Shown: positions 48,149-58,155, numbered from the stretch's first letter. The stretch is 64,000 bases of DNA from a bacterium (GCA_021800275.1 JAJYZB010000001.1:392624-456623), one strand, 5' to 3'. The notes: generated from the sequence alone by a model not told the origin. A program made the numbers and translations.

Positions 48149-48798
48149 TAGTAGTTCATATTTATGTTGAAGGCGCTTCAGATAAATATGCTATGGAGAA
48201 CCTCCTCAAACCGTTAATCGAGCGCAAACAAAAAGAAAACGTTTACATTCGTTTTCACGACTCTCCTGAAGGAGATAAAAAGAAATCAGTATTACTCAAG
48301 ATTCCACACAAAGCCGTAAACATTCTCAGAAACAACAGCTCAGCAATTGTCATCGCTCTACCTGATTTATATCCCAAAAATAAAGGATTTAATCATGAAA
48401 CCGTAACAGAACTAGAACAAGGCATTTGCAAAGTTTTTTCCAATAAACTGAAGACTGCAGGGATTCATTATGATGAGAAAATCAGAGAGCGATTCAAGGT
48501 ATTCTGTTTCAAATACGAGTTAGAATCTCTTATTCTGGCATCCAAAGAATCACTCGAAAAAAGATTAGGAGTAACCTCTCTTAAAATTGAGTGGCGCCTG
48601 CCTGTTGAGGACCAAAACCATGAGAACCCACCCAAAAAAATCGTAGAGAAACTATTTAAACTTCAAAATATGCGTTATACAGAAACAATCGATGCCCCAA
48701 TCATTCTGGGGAGCAGTCATTATCAAGAATTAACAAAGTCCTGTAGGCAATGCTTTAAACCTTTTATTGATTATCTTGAGCAGATCAGTCAAGCTTAA
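48145..48798 (+). CDS. DUF4276-like TOPRIM-fold putative nuclease
   Basis: IYVEGASD, LPDLY, YELESLILA, VEDQN...PPKK; ATGA overlap with the ATPase gene. Confidence 0.75.
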   Translation: MIVVHIYVEGASDKYAMENLLKPLIERKQKENVYIRFHDSPEGDKKKSVLLKIPHKAVNILRNNSSAIVIALPDLYPKNKGFNHETVTELEQGICKVFSNKLKTAGIHYDEKIRERFKVFCFKYELESLILASKESLEKRLGVTSLKIEWRLPVEDQNHENPPKKIVEKLFKLQNMRYTETIDAPIILGSSHYQELTKSCRQCFKPFIDYLEQISQA

Positions 48799-49610
48799 AT
48801 AGAAAAACTGAAAACAGCGCAGCCCGTCCCGGTTGAAGGCGTGGAATAATATTCCAGTTTGCCTTTGGCTTTATCCCCTAAAACACCCCATAGGAAATAA
48901 TGGGAAGCCAATCCTCCTTCAGGTTGAGCTGCTTTAAAAAGATCACGATTCATTTCATCCATCTGGTTGAATGAACCACTGGTAAAAATGCGAATCACTT
49001 CTTCATCAAATTTCTTCGCATCTGACAGAGCATTCTTCGACTGTTCAGGCAGCCCATCAGTCTGGTTAGATAAAGACGGATTCAGATTCAATAAATCGGG
49101 ACGGTAACTTAAAGAACCAGTCACAAGAATTCCCATGGGCTCACTCCATTTTTGTCCCCCTTTTTTTACCGCGATTCCCCACTTTCTGTGAGCTTCAGGA
49201 GACATCTGAGACAAAGAAATAGGAAGAACTTTGCGATGTTCTGGAGCAAGCAGTTTAAAAAGCTCCCATTCTGAAACTGTAATCCCTCCAACTTCAGTTC
49301 CTTCTATCCATAATCCAGCAGCTTCCCCTGATTTCACCAGCATCTCCGCTAATTCAGGCTGTCCTTCAAAAAAAGGAGGAGAAGGATCTTTTTGGGGAGT
49401 GAAATCGTTCCCCACCAAAAAAACAGAACGAGCATTTTGAACTAAAAACTTTCCTTTCGGCTTCCATTTTATGCTCACTGTGATTAAACGGTGAACCTCT
49501 TCGAACGAGCTCGAGAGTTTTGCCAGAACTTGAGAAAGGTCATGATAAACTCCATTCCTTCTGACCAACTCAGGATTAAAACCCAGATAAATCGCTTTTA
49601 CAATAGGCAT
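48795..49610 (-). CDS. LigB/Memo-fold protein (degenerate extradiol dioxygenase-like)
   Basis: GQPELA, VLPISL, ILVTGSLSY, AKKFDEEV; the expected His ligands are not evident. Confidence 0.6.
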   Translation of the reverse strand: MPIVKAIYLGFNPELVRRNGVYHDLSQVLAKLSSSFEEVHRLITVSIKWKPKGKFLVQNARSVFLVGNDFTPQKDPSPPFFEGQPELAEMLVKSGEAAGLWIEGTEVGGITVSEWELFKLLAPEHRKVLPISLSQMSPEAHRKWGIAVKKGGQKWSEPMGILVTGSLSYRPDLLNLNPSLSNQTDGLPEQSKNALSDAKKFDEEVIRIFTSGSFNQMDEMNRDLFKAAQPEGGLASHYFLWGVLGDKAKGKLEYYSTPSTGTGCAVFSFSI

Positions 49611-49804
49611 AATCTATATGTTTATTCTTTTTAAATCAAAAAATCCTTTTTTCTGTACTGACAAATCAGGTTGATGAGAAACTGCCATTATAAACCATCT
49701 GAAATTCTCAGCCTCTAGAGAACAGCAGAACTAAAACTGCTCAAACAGAAATTTTTTCCCCATCTTCTGGAACAGTCTGAGGCACACATTCACCTTGACT
49801 GTAA

Positions 49805-49951
49805 TCATAAGCCCAGCGGTGAACTATAGGGATCAGGACCAGGGTAGCGCACAAGCCAGTCCCACTGCTGAGTTGTAATTTGTACTTGAATGGCATGAGA
49901 AGGAGGTGGCGTAATATAAAGTTTTTTCCATACAGGTCGAGCAAGAGCCAT
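49805..49951 (-). pseudogene. Short ORF resembling an internal fragment of cytochrome c oxidase subunit II
   Basis: GGAGG + ATG; AIQVQITTQQWDWLVRYPGPD resembles the CoxB (V/I)xVxxxQWxWxxxYPG segment; no CuA motif. Confidence 0.5.
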
Positions 49952-49985
49952 GGCTCCTCCCTCAATGGTCAACCCCATTAGATTT

Positions 49986-52001
49986 TTACAATAAATGAAC
50001 TGGATCCACATCCACAATTAAGCGAATTTTCCTCTCCTTTTGGTCTGCATGCCAGGAGTACGCTTTTTCCCCAATCGGAAGCAAATCTTCAAAACGGTGA
50101 GATTTAACTAAAAAATGCCAGCGAAACCGTTTTTTTATTTTTGAAATCGGAGCAGGTGAAGGACCTAAAAAAACAAAATCACCAGCAAATTCATCCGATA
50201 AGAAATTTTTTAATGCTTCACTCTGTTTCCCGACTTTATCTTCTTGCTCCCCTTCTAAAAGAAAGTGTGCGATGTGGACAAAAGGCGGATATCCGGATCT
50301 TCTGCGAGTTTCCAATTCTTCCCGATAAAAAGAAAGATAATCTTGTTTACGTACAGCTTCAATAACCGGATGTTCTGGATCAAATGTCTGAAGAATGACT
50401 TTTCCTTTTGCCTCCCCTCTCCCTGCTCTTCCAGCCACTTGTGTCAATAGCTGAAACGTTTTTTCCCCTGCGCGAAAATCAGGAAAATGAAACATCTGAT
50501 CCGCATAAAGAATCCCAACAAGGCTGACATCAGGAAAATTGAATCCTTTTGCCACCAACTGCGTTCCAATTAAAATTTGAACTTCTTTTTTCGAAAAAGA
50601 GGAGATGATTCTTTGAATTTCCCCTTTTTTAGAAGCTGTGTCCCGATCTAACCTTAACACTTTGACACGAGGAAAATATTTTTTAATTTCTTCTTCCAGC
50701 CTTTGAGTTCCAAATCCACGGTAAGTTAAGCTGTAACTCTCACACTTCGGACAGGAATGAGGAGATCTAATCCGATAACTGCAGTAGTGACAGGTTAATA
50801 GGGCATTCTCAATATGGAAAGTCAGACTGATGCTGCAGTATGGACACTGGAAAGTGTATCCGCAGTCCATGCACAAAACAAACGGAGAAAAACCGCGGCG
50901 ATTTAAAAAAAGAATCACTTGATTCCCTGCTGCCAAAGTTTGTTCCATCTCGTCTAACAATCTCAAGGTAAAGGGAAACCTCTGCTTAATATTTTTCTCC
51001 CGCATGTCAACGACCTGAATTTCGGGAAGAGGCCTATCCATGTATCGAGAAGAAAGAGTTAAAAGAGAAAAATTCTCCGTCTGGGTTAAATAATATGCCT
51101 CAAGAGAAGGGGTAGCGCTCCCAAGCAGCAGAACAGCATTCTCCTGTTCTGCTAACTTCTGAGCAATTTTAAACGTTTGATAACGTGGATTCTGATCCTG
51201 TTTATACGAGCTGTCATGTTCTTCATCCATTACAATCAACCCTAGATTTTTTACGGGTGCGAACAATGCCATTCGTGGCCCGATCACGATTTTTTTTTCA
51301 CCTAAAAAAATTAAATTTTTTTCAATACGCAGCTCTTTCTGCGTCATTTTCGAGTGAAGAACAGCTACCAGGCTTCCAAACTTTTCTTGAAACTTTTGAG
51401 AAACTTGAAAAGAAAGAGGAATCTCAGGAACTAAAACAACTGCCTGCCTGCCAGAAGAAACGACTTTTTCGACACACCTTAAATAAACCTCCGTTTTTCC
51501 ACTGCCTGTTACTCCATGAAGAAGAAATCCTTGAAAAGAAACTTTCCCAAGGGCATCACAAACTTGATTAACGGCTGCAGCCTGTTCAGAAGTCAAGCAA
51601 ACAGCATTGTCAGAAAGAGCGTGTTTGCTGTCTGACAGAGATTCTACTTGAGGATGATTTTCTTGCTCTGACAAGACCTTGCCATCCAGAGGGAAAACAA
51701 AACCTTTTAAAGCGCTCCAACGGGAGGAAAGATAGTGTTTTGCAATCCACTCAGACAGGTTCATCACCTCTTTTGAAAGAGAAACCCATCCTGAATTTTT
51801 TTTTAAAATAGACTTTGTTTGAATTCCCGGATCCGGACAGAAACCGAGTACATACCCTGCTGCCTCCCCATTTCGAAAAGGAACGATGACAGGATCTCCA
51901 ATCGAAATTTTATTCTCTAATTCCAAAGGAACTTGATAAGTAAAAATTAAATTGGTTTCCATATTTCCTAAGGGAAGCAGAATTTCAGCAAATAAAGGCA
52001 T
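49986..52001 (-). CDS. priA: Primosomal protein N'
   Basis: GVTGSGKTEVY, DEEH, GSATPS, LNRRG, Cys-rich zinc region, QVAGRAGR, VDVDP. Confidence 0.96.
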   Translation of the reverse strand: MPLFAEILLPLGNMETNLIFTYQVPLELENKISIGDPVIVPFRNGEAAGYVLGFCPDPGIQTKSILKKNSGWVSLSKEVMNLSEWIAKHYLSSRWSALKGFVFPLDGKVLSEQENHPQVESLSDSKHALSDNAVCLTSEQAAAVNQVCDALGKVSFQGFLLHGVTGSGKTEVYLRCVEKVVSSGRQAVVLVPEIPLSFQVSQKFQEKFGSLVAVLHSKMTQKELRIEKNLIFLGEKKIVIGPRMALFAPVKNLGLIVMDEEHDSSYKQDQNPRYQTFKIAQKLAEQENAVLLLGSATPSLEAYYLTQTENFSLLTLSSRYMDRPLPEIQVVDMREKNIKQRFPFTLRLLDEMEQTLAAGNQVILFLNRRGFSPFVLCMDCGYTFQCPYCSISLTFHIENALLTCHYCSYRIRSPHSCPKCESYSLTYRGFGTQRLEEEIKKYFPRVKVLRLDRDTASKKGEIQRIISSFSKKEVQILIGTQLVAKGFNFPDVSLVGILYADQMFHFPDFRAGEKTFQLLTQVAGRAGRGEAKGKVILQTFDPEHPVIEAVRKQDYLSFYREELETRRRSGYPPFVHIAHFLLEGEQEDKVGKQSEALKNFLSDEFAGDFVFLGPSPAPISKIKKRFRWHFLVKSHRFEDLLPIGEKAYSWHADQKERKIRLIVDVDPVHLL

Positions 52002-55000
52002 TTAAAGTTGAAGCCGCTTTATTTCTTGATCAATTAAATTCAGGGTTTCAGGATCAGACTGACTCTGCTTCAACCTCTCAAGCTGTTCCAGGGCATCTTG
52101 TCTCTTTCCCAGCATTTCGTAAGCTTTTGCTAAATCCCAACTATAATGCCAATTTCCAGGAGTCAAATCCCTGGCTGCTTTATAATGACCTGCAGCCTCA
52201 TTATACTCTTTTCTGTGCATCAACACATTTGCCAATTTCCAGTGATAAACGTCTTTTTTCTGTTTCGCTAATTTTAAAGCTGTCTCATAAGACGAAAGCG
52301 CAGATTCCAATTCTCCTTTAGTAAAAAAAAGATCCCCTAAAAAAGCATGGTATTTTGCCTGCTGCGGCGCCGAATGAATGGCATTGAGAATGGCTTGAAT
52401 GGCTCCTCCTTGATCTCCAGATTCTAATAAAATTTCAGCAAAATCCGCAAATATTTCCGTTTCCTCTCGTTTTGCCAGGCGAGCAGCGCGTTCCATGTGT
52501 CGTTTTGCTTCTGCTTTCAATCCCTGTTCCGCCTTTATTTTACCTAAAAGATGAAAGATATCAGCATAAGAAGGATAATACTGAGATGCTTTTTCAAGAG
52601 CAGTCTCAGCCTCTTTTAAAAGAGCTTTTTCCATATAAGTTTTACCTAAATAATAATAATTTTTTCCAACAATCTGTTTTGCTCTCCCACTGATAGGCTG
52701 TGAAGCTGAGTCTATCGCTTTCTGAAAAGATAAAATCGCTTCATCTAATTTGCCCAGTTTCAAGAAAGCTTTGCCAAGCAAATTATGGACAAGCTGGGTT
52801 CTAGGCTCTAACTCAAGAGATTTCTGGTACTGATAAATAGCTAAATTTAGCAGGTTTTGTTCGGCATAAACTCTTCCCAAAAGTCCCTGTGCAAGCGCAT
52901 CTCCAGGTTTAAGCTCAACCACTTTTTGATATTCTTTTCTAGCCAGATCTAGCTTGCCTCTTGTTTCATACATAACCCCGAGAGCTTTGCGATAATCAGT
53001 GTTATTCGGATCATATGAAACAGCTCGCAGCATTTCTTCAATTGCGTTGTCTAAATTTTCCTGCATATAATAAACTAATCCGAGAGATTCATGAATCTCA
53101 GGATTATATGGATCATACTGCAGAGCAGTTTTATATTCCTGAACCGCAAGTCCTGATTCTTCTCTCCAAAAATGAATCTGCGCCAAACTGGCATGGGCTT
53201 CAGCATCAGAAGGATTCAAAGAAACAGCCCGCTTAAACTGTAAAAAAGCTTGATCAAGGCTGTTCTGTTTCAAATAGAGCTTTCCCAAATCTTTCAAAAC
53301 AACAGGATCATTGGGGTTTAAGCTTGCCGCTTTTACGAGATGATCAAACGCCAAATCTTCCTGATTTTCCTGCAGATACACTTCGGCTAATTTAGAATGA
53401 ATGCCTGGATTTTCAGGATTTACTTTCACCGCTTTCTTTAAATGGACAATAGCTTCATCCCTTTTATCCTGTTTAAAATTAAGATCTCCAAGGCGGCTGA
53501 GAGCAGACGTGTTTTCAGGATCTATTTCGAACGCTTTTTCATACAGTTTGATGGCTTGAGAAAAACGATTTGTTCTTTCATAAATTTCTCCTAAAAGGGT
53601 CAGAGCTTCAGAATCGTTTGGATTCAAATCTAAAACCTTTTTAAGAACCATATTCGCTTCTTCCAGACGAGAAAGGCGAATCAATACTCGAGCCAGACTG
53701 CGAAGCATGCTGACATTTTTAGGATCTAATTCAAGAGCTTGCTCCAGTGATTGAGAGGCTGATTCAAAATCTCCCTCTTTCTCTTGAAGTTTCTCCAACT
53801 TCTGCCAGACGCTGATCCGGGCGATCAAAGGAGCAGCTTTTTTATAAGCATCCAGCGCATCTAAATCATGATTCAACTTTTGTTCAATATCACCCAGGCT
53901 CTCCCAGGCATGGCCATTGTCAGGTTCAATTTTTAAAGCTTTAAGCAGCTCAGACTTCGCTTCAGTGTAGTGCTGTAAATTCAAAAAACAGAGCCCGGAA
54001 TAGTAATGCACCTCAGCAGCTGCTGAATGGTTCTTTAAAAATTTTTGAAAAACATGAAGAGCCTGCTCATAAGCTCCCTGTTGATAAAGAGCAATTCCCT
54101 GATTGATGTCATCAGAAAAATCAGAGATAAATGCAGAAGCAAGGAGAGAGCCGCATTCTAAACAATACTTCTGAAAAGAATCCCCTAATGTTCCACACCT
54201 GGGACAGGGAACTTGAGCTATTTCTTTTCCCTTTTCAGAAACAACTTCATCCCCTGACTCCACTGATGATGTTGTTTGAGAAGACAATAGATCCTGCTGC
54301 TTTTGCAAACGATCAACAACAGGATTAAACTTTATAAAAGAATCTCGAGAAAATCCCTCCTGTTTATCCTTATCCTTTGAGAGCAGATTTTTTAGTTCCT
54401 CCAAAACTGCTGTTTTATCTACGAACCCAGGAGGAGGGGCTTTAGTTTCAGAAGTTGAAGATTCTTGAACAGCAGGTCCTAAAAATCCTGCGTTTGAACG
54501 AAGTGACGATGAGCCTTTTTCTAAATCCTGCAACAGATCCCCAACAGTTTGATATCTATCTGCAGGGTTTTTAGCCAGTGTTTTCAAAACAACCTGATCC
54601 AAAACCTCGGGCACAAAAGAATTTAATTTCGAAGGAAGAGGAGGAAGGGTGGAAAGATGATGAGAGAGCATCTCTGAAGGGGTTCTAGCATCAAATGGAA
54701 GGGAACCTGTCAAAAGTTCAAAAAGAACAATACCGAGAGAATAAATATCTGAACGCAAATCTGCTTGTTTCCCTTCAGCCTGTTCAGGAGAGAGATAAGC
54801 AATGGTTCCCATAACAGCTCCTGGCTGAGTAACAGAGTGTCTGTCCTCCATGACCGCAATTCCAAAATCCATCACTTTTACTGTTCCATCGCGCAGGACC
54901 ATGATGTTTTCAGGTTTGACGTCCCGATGAACGACTCTTTTTTGATGCGCATAATGCAGAGCCTCTGCTGCCTGTTTGAACAAATTCAAAGATCCTTCCA

Positions 55001-55316
55001 AAGAAATCTCCTGTCTAGATTCAAGCCACTCTCTCAGAGTTTCCCCTTCCAAATACTCCATGACCATATAATAAATCTCTCCATCTTCACCAATATCATA
55101 AATAGGGAGAATATGAGGATGCTCTAACTTTGCCGCCACTTTAGCTTCTCTTAAAAATCTCCGAAGAGCTTCTTTGTTTTTAAGAAGCTTGGGAGGAAGA
55201 ATTTTAATGGCGACCATTCTCTCAAGGCTCGGATCTTCAGCCTTATAGACGATCCCCATGCCACCTCTGCCTACTTCTTCCAGAATCTTATAACGGCCAA
55301 TAAAAACAGGATTCAT
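52002..55316 (-). CDS. Ser/Thr protein kinase (Pkn2 type) with zinc ribbon and long TPR array
   Basis: GRGGMG, VAIK, HRDVKPEN, DFG, SPE; CPRCG...CLECG; roughly 700 aa of TPRs. Confidence 0.93.
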   Translation of the reverse strand: MNPVFIGRYKILEEVGRGGMGIVYKAEDPSLERMVAIKILPPKLLKNKEALRRFLREAKVAAKLEHPHILPIYDIGEDGEIYYMVMEYLEGETLREWLESRQEISLEGSLNLFKQAAEALHYAHQKRVVHRDVKPENIMVLRDGTVKVMDFGIAVMEDRHSVTQPGAVMGTIAYLSPEQAEGKQADLRSDIYSLGIVLFELLTGSLPFDARTPSEMLSHHLSTLPPLPSKLNSFVPEVLDQVVLKTLAKNPADRYQTVGDLLQDLEKGSSSLRSNAGFLGPAVQESSTSETKAPPPGFVDKTAVLEELKNLLSKDKDKQEGFSRDSFIKFNPVVDRLQKQQDLLSSQTTSSVESGDEVVSEKGKEIAQVPCPRCGTLGDSFQKYCLECGSLLASAFISDFSDDINQGIALYQQGAYEQALHVFQKFLKNHSAAAEVHYYSGLCFLNLQHYTEAKSELLKALKIEPDNGHAWESLGDIEQKLNHDLDALDAYKKAAPLIARISVWQKLEKLQEKEGDFESASQSLEQALELDPKNVSMLRSLARVLIRLSRLEEANMVLKKVLDLNPNDSEALTLLGEIYERTNRFSQAIKLYEKAFEIDPENTSALSRLGDLNFKQDKRDEAIVHLKKAVKVNPENPGIHSKLAEVYLQENQEDLAFDHLVKAASLNPNDPVVLKDLGKLYLKQNSLDQAFLQFKRAVSLNPSDAEAHASLAQIHFWREESGLAVQEYKTALQYDPYNPEIHESLGLVYYMQENLDNAIEEMLRAVSYDPNNTDYRKALGVMYETRGKLDLARKEYQKVVELKPGDALAQGLLGRVYAEQNLLNLAIYQYQKSLELEPRTQLVHNLLGKAFLKLGKLDEAILSFQKAIDSASQPISGRAKQIVGKNYYYLGKTYMEKALLKEAETALEKASQYYPSYADIFHLLGKIKAEQGLKAEAKRHMERAARLAKREETEIFADFAEILLESGDQGGAIQAILNAIHSAPQQAKYHAFLGDLFFTKGELESALSSYETALKLAKQKKDVYHWKLANVLMHRKEYNEAAGHYKAARDLTPGNWHYSWDLAKAYEMLGKRQDALEQLERLKQSQSDPETLNLIDQEIKRLQL

Positions 55317-55343
55317 AAGGTTTTCTCAGAACATTTCATTATT

Positions 55344-56540
55344 ATGTATAAGAAATTCGCTGTTCTTTTAATCTTTCTTTCCTTATTGTTTCCGCCAAGT
55401 TCGTTCGCTTCCTCCAGAAAAAGGAACCAAAAGGACTTTTCTCGGGTTTTATCGCCCCATTCTGCCCCTAGGCAGTCTTTTGCCAGGTTTGCATATTTTA
55501 TTGATAAATTCCAGCTTCCGATGCATATCAAAGGACAAATCTGGGCAGATCCAGACTCTGTTTATCAGGGTCCATTTTTCATTGACAGCCAGCTCAAAAT
55601 TTACCTTCCTCCTCACTATTTTTCGTATTATCCCCAACCCTTTTTCAGAGGTCCGGTGATGAGCGCAGATTCAACTGTCCTCTATTACAAGGGATACGGA
55701 CCTTTTAACAAACTCGGAGTAGTGAGCAGAAAAAAATTTAAAATGATCTTTCAGAGTTCTTTAAAACTTGGAGTTAAACCTATCTCATACCCTTCTCATC
55801 CTGAAAGAGAGATTCGAAAAGCTGCTTTTGGAACCTTCACTCGTTCAGCTCATAAGTCTCTTGTTCTACTTCCCCATTCAAAAACCGGAAAACTCTCTGG
55901 CGGAATCGTCATTACAAAAAGCTTAAAAAGTTTAACCCTCAAAGCGCCATCATCCCACACATTTCGACTCTTTCTAAGTAGCAAAAATGGCCAAAAAGCT
56001 ATGGTCCAGATTTCCTTCAAAAAAAAAGAGACCTTTTTAAAATATCCCTCAAAAAAAATTAAAATATATCATGGAATCCCCAATGGCATTATTTACATTG
56101 AAGGAGGGATCGGCTCTAAAAACCATGGAGGACTCAGTGGAAAAACAAGGGGGAGATGGACTATTGCCACAGAAAAGAATATCTATCTATCAGGTAATTT
56201 AAAATACTGGGATACTCCCTCTGGGAGCCAGCCTCAAGGAAACGACACATTAGCCCTTATCTCTCCTCGAGTTTTCATTACCTATAAAGCGCCAAGTCTT
56301 CTATTTTTGTACGCTACCATCATGTCCAAAATGCTTTTTGTCCTACCAAGCAAGAGCAGAGATCTGCCAAGACAGGGAGAATTAATCTGGTGGGGAAATT
56401 ACATAGGAGAATATCCAGCAATTATGGGAACTTTTAGTGAAAAGAGTGGAATATCCAAGGACGGATATGATCTTCTGAAATACTATGATGCAAGACTGGC
56501 AAAAAATCCTCCCCCAGATTTCCCGACGTATCAAGAATAA
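55344..56540 (+). CDS. Secreted hypothetical protein (possibly DUF4900/PilX-C-terminal-like)
   Basis: Signal peptide; SFARFAYF, F.GPV, NGIIYIEG.I, WTIAT, GNLKY, LALIS, YYD.RL..PPP.FP. Confidence 0.6.
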   Translation: MYKKFAVLLIFLSLLFPPSSFASSRKRNQKDFSRVLSPHSAPRQSFARFAYFIDKFQLPMHIKGQIWADPDSVYQGPFFIDSQLKIYLPPHYFSYYPQPFFRGPVMSADSTVLYYKGYGPFNKLGVVSRKKFKMIFQSSLKLGVKPISYPSHPEREIRKAAFGTFTRSAHKSLVLLPHSKTGKLSGGIVITKSLKSLTLKAPSSHTFRLFLSSKNGQKAMVQISFKKKETFLKYPSKKIKIYHGIPNGIIYIEGGIGSKNHGGLSGKTRGRWTIATEKNIYLSGNLKYWDTPSGSQPQGNDTLALISPRVFITYKAPSLLFLYATIMSKMLFVLPSKSRDLPRQGELIWWGNYIGEYPAIMGTFSEKSGISKDGYDLLKYYDARLAKNPPPDFPTYQE

Positions 56541-56548
56541 AAAGGTGT

Positions 56549-56623
56549 GCGGGAGTAGCTCAGTGGTAGAGTCCCTGCTTCCCAAGCAGGTTGTCGTGGG
56601 TTCGAATCCCATCTCCCGCTCCA
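56549..56623 (+). tRNA. tRNA-Gly(CCC)
   Basis: GCGGGAG acceptor stem, CCTGC-TTCCCAA-GCAGG anticodon arm, GTTCGAATC, CCA end. Confidence 0.97.
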
Positions 56624-56637
56624 ACTGAAAATCCGCG

Positions 56638-57549
56638 ATGTCGCAGCAAGGATTTACAGAAAATTTTCAAGCTGTCATCTCTAAAAATCGTCGGAATCTT
56701 TTTGTTGTTTTCTTTTTAACCCTTATTTTTTTTCTTGTTGAACTGAGCGTTGGATTCATCACCAATAGTTTAACCCTATTATCAGATGCTGCTCATGCCT
56801 TTACTGATCTGGCTGCAATTGCTTTATCACTTCTTGCGATCTGGATCAGCCAAAAGCCTCCTACAAAGGAAAAAACCTTTGGATACTACAGAGTCGAAAT
56901 TTTAACTGCATTGATCAATATCACACTCCTTGTCGTTACAGCCATCTTTATTTTCATAAATGCTTACTCCCGTCTGCATAACCCCCCTCCAATTTCAGGA
57001 ATACCCTTAATTCTAGTGGCACTTCTAGGAATGCTCATCAAAGGAACCAACACAAGCATTTTATGGAAAAATCGAGATACGAACTTGAACGTGAAAGCGA
57101 TCTATCTGGATGTTTTAACCGATCTTCTTGGACTGGCAGCTGTGATTCTCTCAGGAATCATCATGACATTCACAAAGTGGTATAATGCAGATCCTATCTT
57201 TGGGGCTGTGATTGGGATTATTATTTTATTTAGAACATGGCAGCTGCTCTCCCAATCCGTCAATATTCTTCTAGAAGCCGCGCCTGCCCATATTGACTGC
57301 ACTCTTGTTGAAAAAGGGATACTGGATATTCCAGGGGTCGAAGCGGTTCATGATCTGCATGTATGGACAATTGCCTCTGGTATAGAGTCACTAACTGCCC
57401 ACATAGTCTTAAAAACAGGATTCAATCCTTATGATTCATCTGCTGTTTTGGACAAAATTTCTTCCTGTTTAAAAGACCAATTTGGAATCCACCACTCCAC
57501 TCTTCAGGTTGAACCTACAAGCCTTCAGGAAAGAGAAATATCACACTAA
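56638..57549 (+). CDS. czcD: Cation diffusion facilitator (Zn/Co/Cd exporter)
   Basis: SLTLLSDAAHAFTD, TFGYYRVEIL, VHDLHVW, HSTLQVE. Confidence 0.9.
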   Translation: MSQQGFTENFQAVISKNRRNLFVVFFLTLIFFLVELSVGFITNSLTLLSDAAHAFTDLAAIALSLLAIWISQKPPTKEKTFGYYRVEILTALINITLLVVTAIFIFINAYSRLHNPPPISGIPLILVALLGMLIKGTNTSILWKNRDTNLNVKAIYLDVLTDLLGLAAVILSGIIMTFTKWYNADPIFGAVIGIIILFRTWQLLSQSVNILLEAAPAHIDCTLVEKGILDIPGVEAVHDLHVWTIASGIESLTAHIVLKTGFNPYDSSAVLDKISSCLKDQFGIHHSTLQVEPTSLQEREISH

Positions 57550-57552
57550 ACA

Positions 57553-57585
57553 AAGTACCCCGCTGCAAGGGACAGCGAGGCACTT
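57553..57585. terminator. Imperfect hairpin between convergent genes
   Basis: AAGTACCCCGCTG...CAGCGAGGCACTT just after the CDF stop codon. Confidence 0.4.
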
Positions 57586-57614
57586 AAGGTTTAGTTGAAA
57601 AATTCTAAACTTTT

Positions 57615-58034
57615 CTATGACTTCTTTGAGGTTGTAACCGCTTTTTTAACTTCCACTTTTTTCACTGTGGAAACACTTGCCAGATAAGCGGCAATGGCTT
57701 TAAAATCACTCTTCTTTTTAATATGCATAGCGCACATTGGAGGAGCTTTTTTCAGCAGCTGCTTCCAGGTCAACTTCGCAGCTAAGCCAGCTAATGCCGG
57801 GGCTTTCTTAGTGCCCTGACCTTTAATGCCATGGCATTCCGAACATTGAAACAAGGGGCTGTGATACAGTTTGTTTCCTGCTGCAATCAGAGTAGCAGAG
57901 GGAGCCATTGGGATTTTTACAATAGGCTTGACAACAGGGGGAGCAGCAGGGGGCGGCGCCATTTGAGCTTTATGTTTTGCGCATGAAGCAAGTATGGCTA
58001 AACTTAATAGAATGAATCCTAAACTTTTTTTCAT
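57615..58034 (-). CDS. Monoheme c-type cytochrome lipoprotein
   Basis: Lipobox LASC, Pro-rich linker, CSECH heme motif, downstream Met; GAAGGAGG Shine-Dalgarno. Confidence 0.85.
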   Translation of the reverse strand: MKKSLGFILLSLAILASCAKHKAQMAPPPAAPPVVKPIVKIPMAPSATLIAAGNKLYHSPLFQCSECHGIKGQGTKKAPALAGLAAKLTWKQLLKKAPPMCAMHIKKKSDFKAIAAYLASVSTVKKVEVKKAVTTSKKS

Positions 58035-58155
58035 TTGATTCCTCCTTCGAAAATCCAAAAATTGAAGCGCAAAGTTAAAACGCGCTTTTTTTAATTTTCT
58101 ATGTTGTTTCTATTTGCAGAAAATAACTCCTCTATTTAAACCGAGGGATAAACTT

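Noticed and set aside
46919..48798. Naming the cassette PARIS, or calling it an ABC transporter
   Set aside because: No permease is present, and the partner looks DUF4276-like rather than DUF4435; an HMM search is needed.
56382..56624. 80-aa minus-strand ORF
   Set aside because: Antisense translation of tRNA-Gly(CCC).
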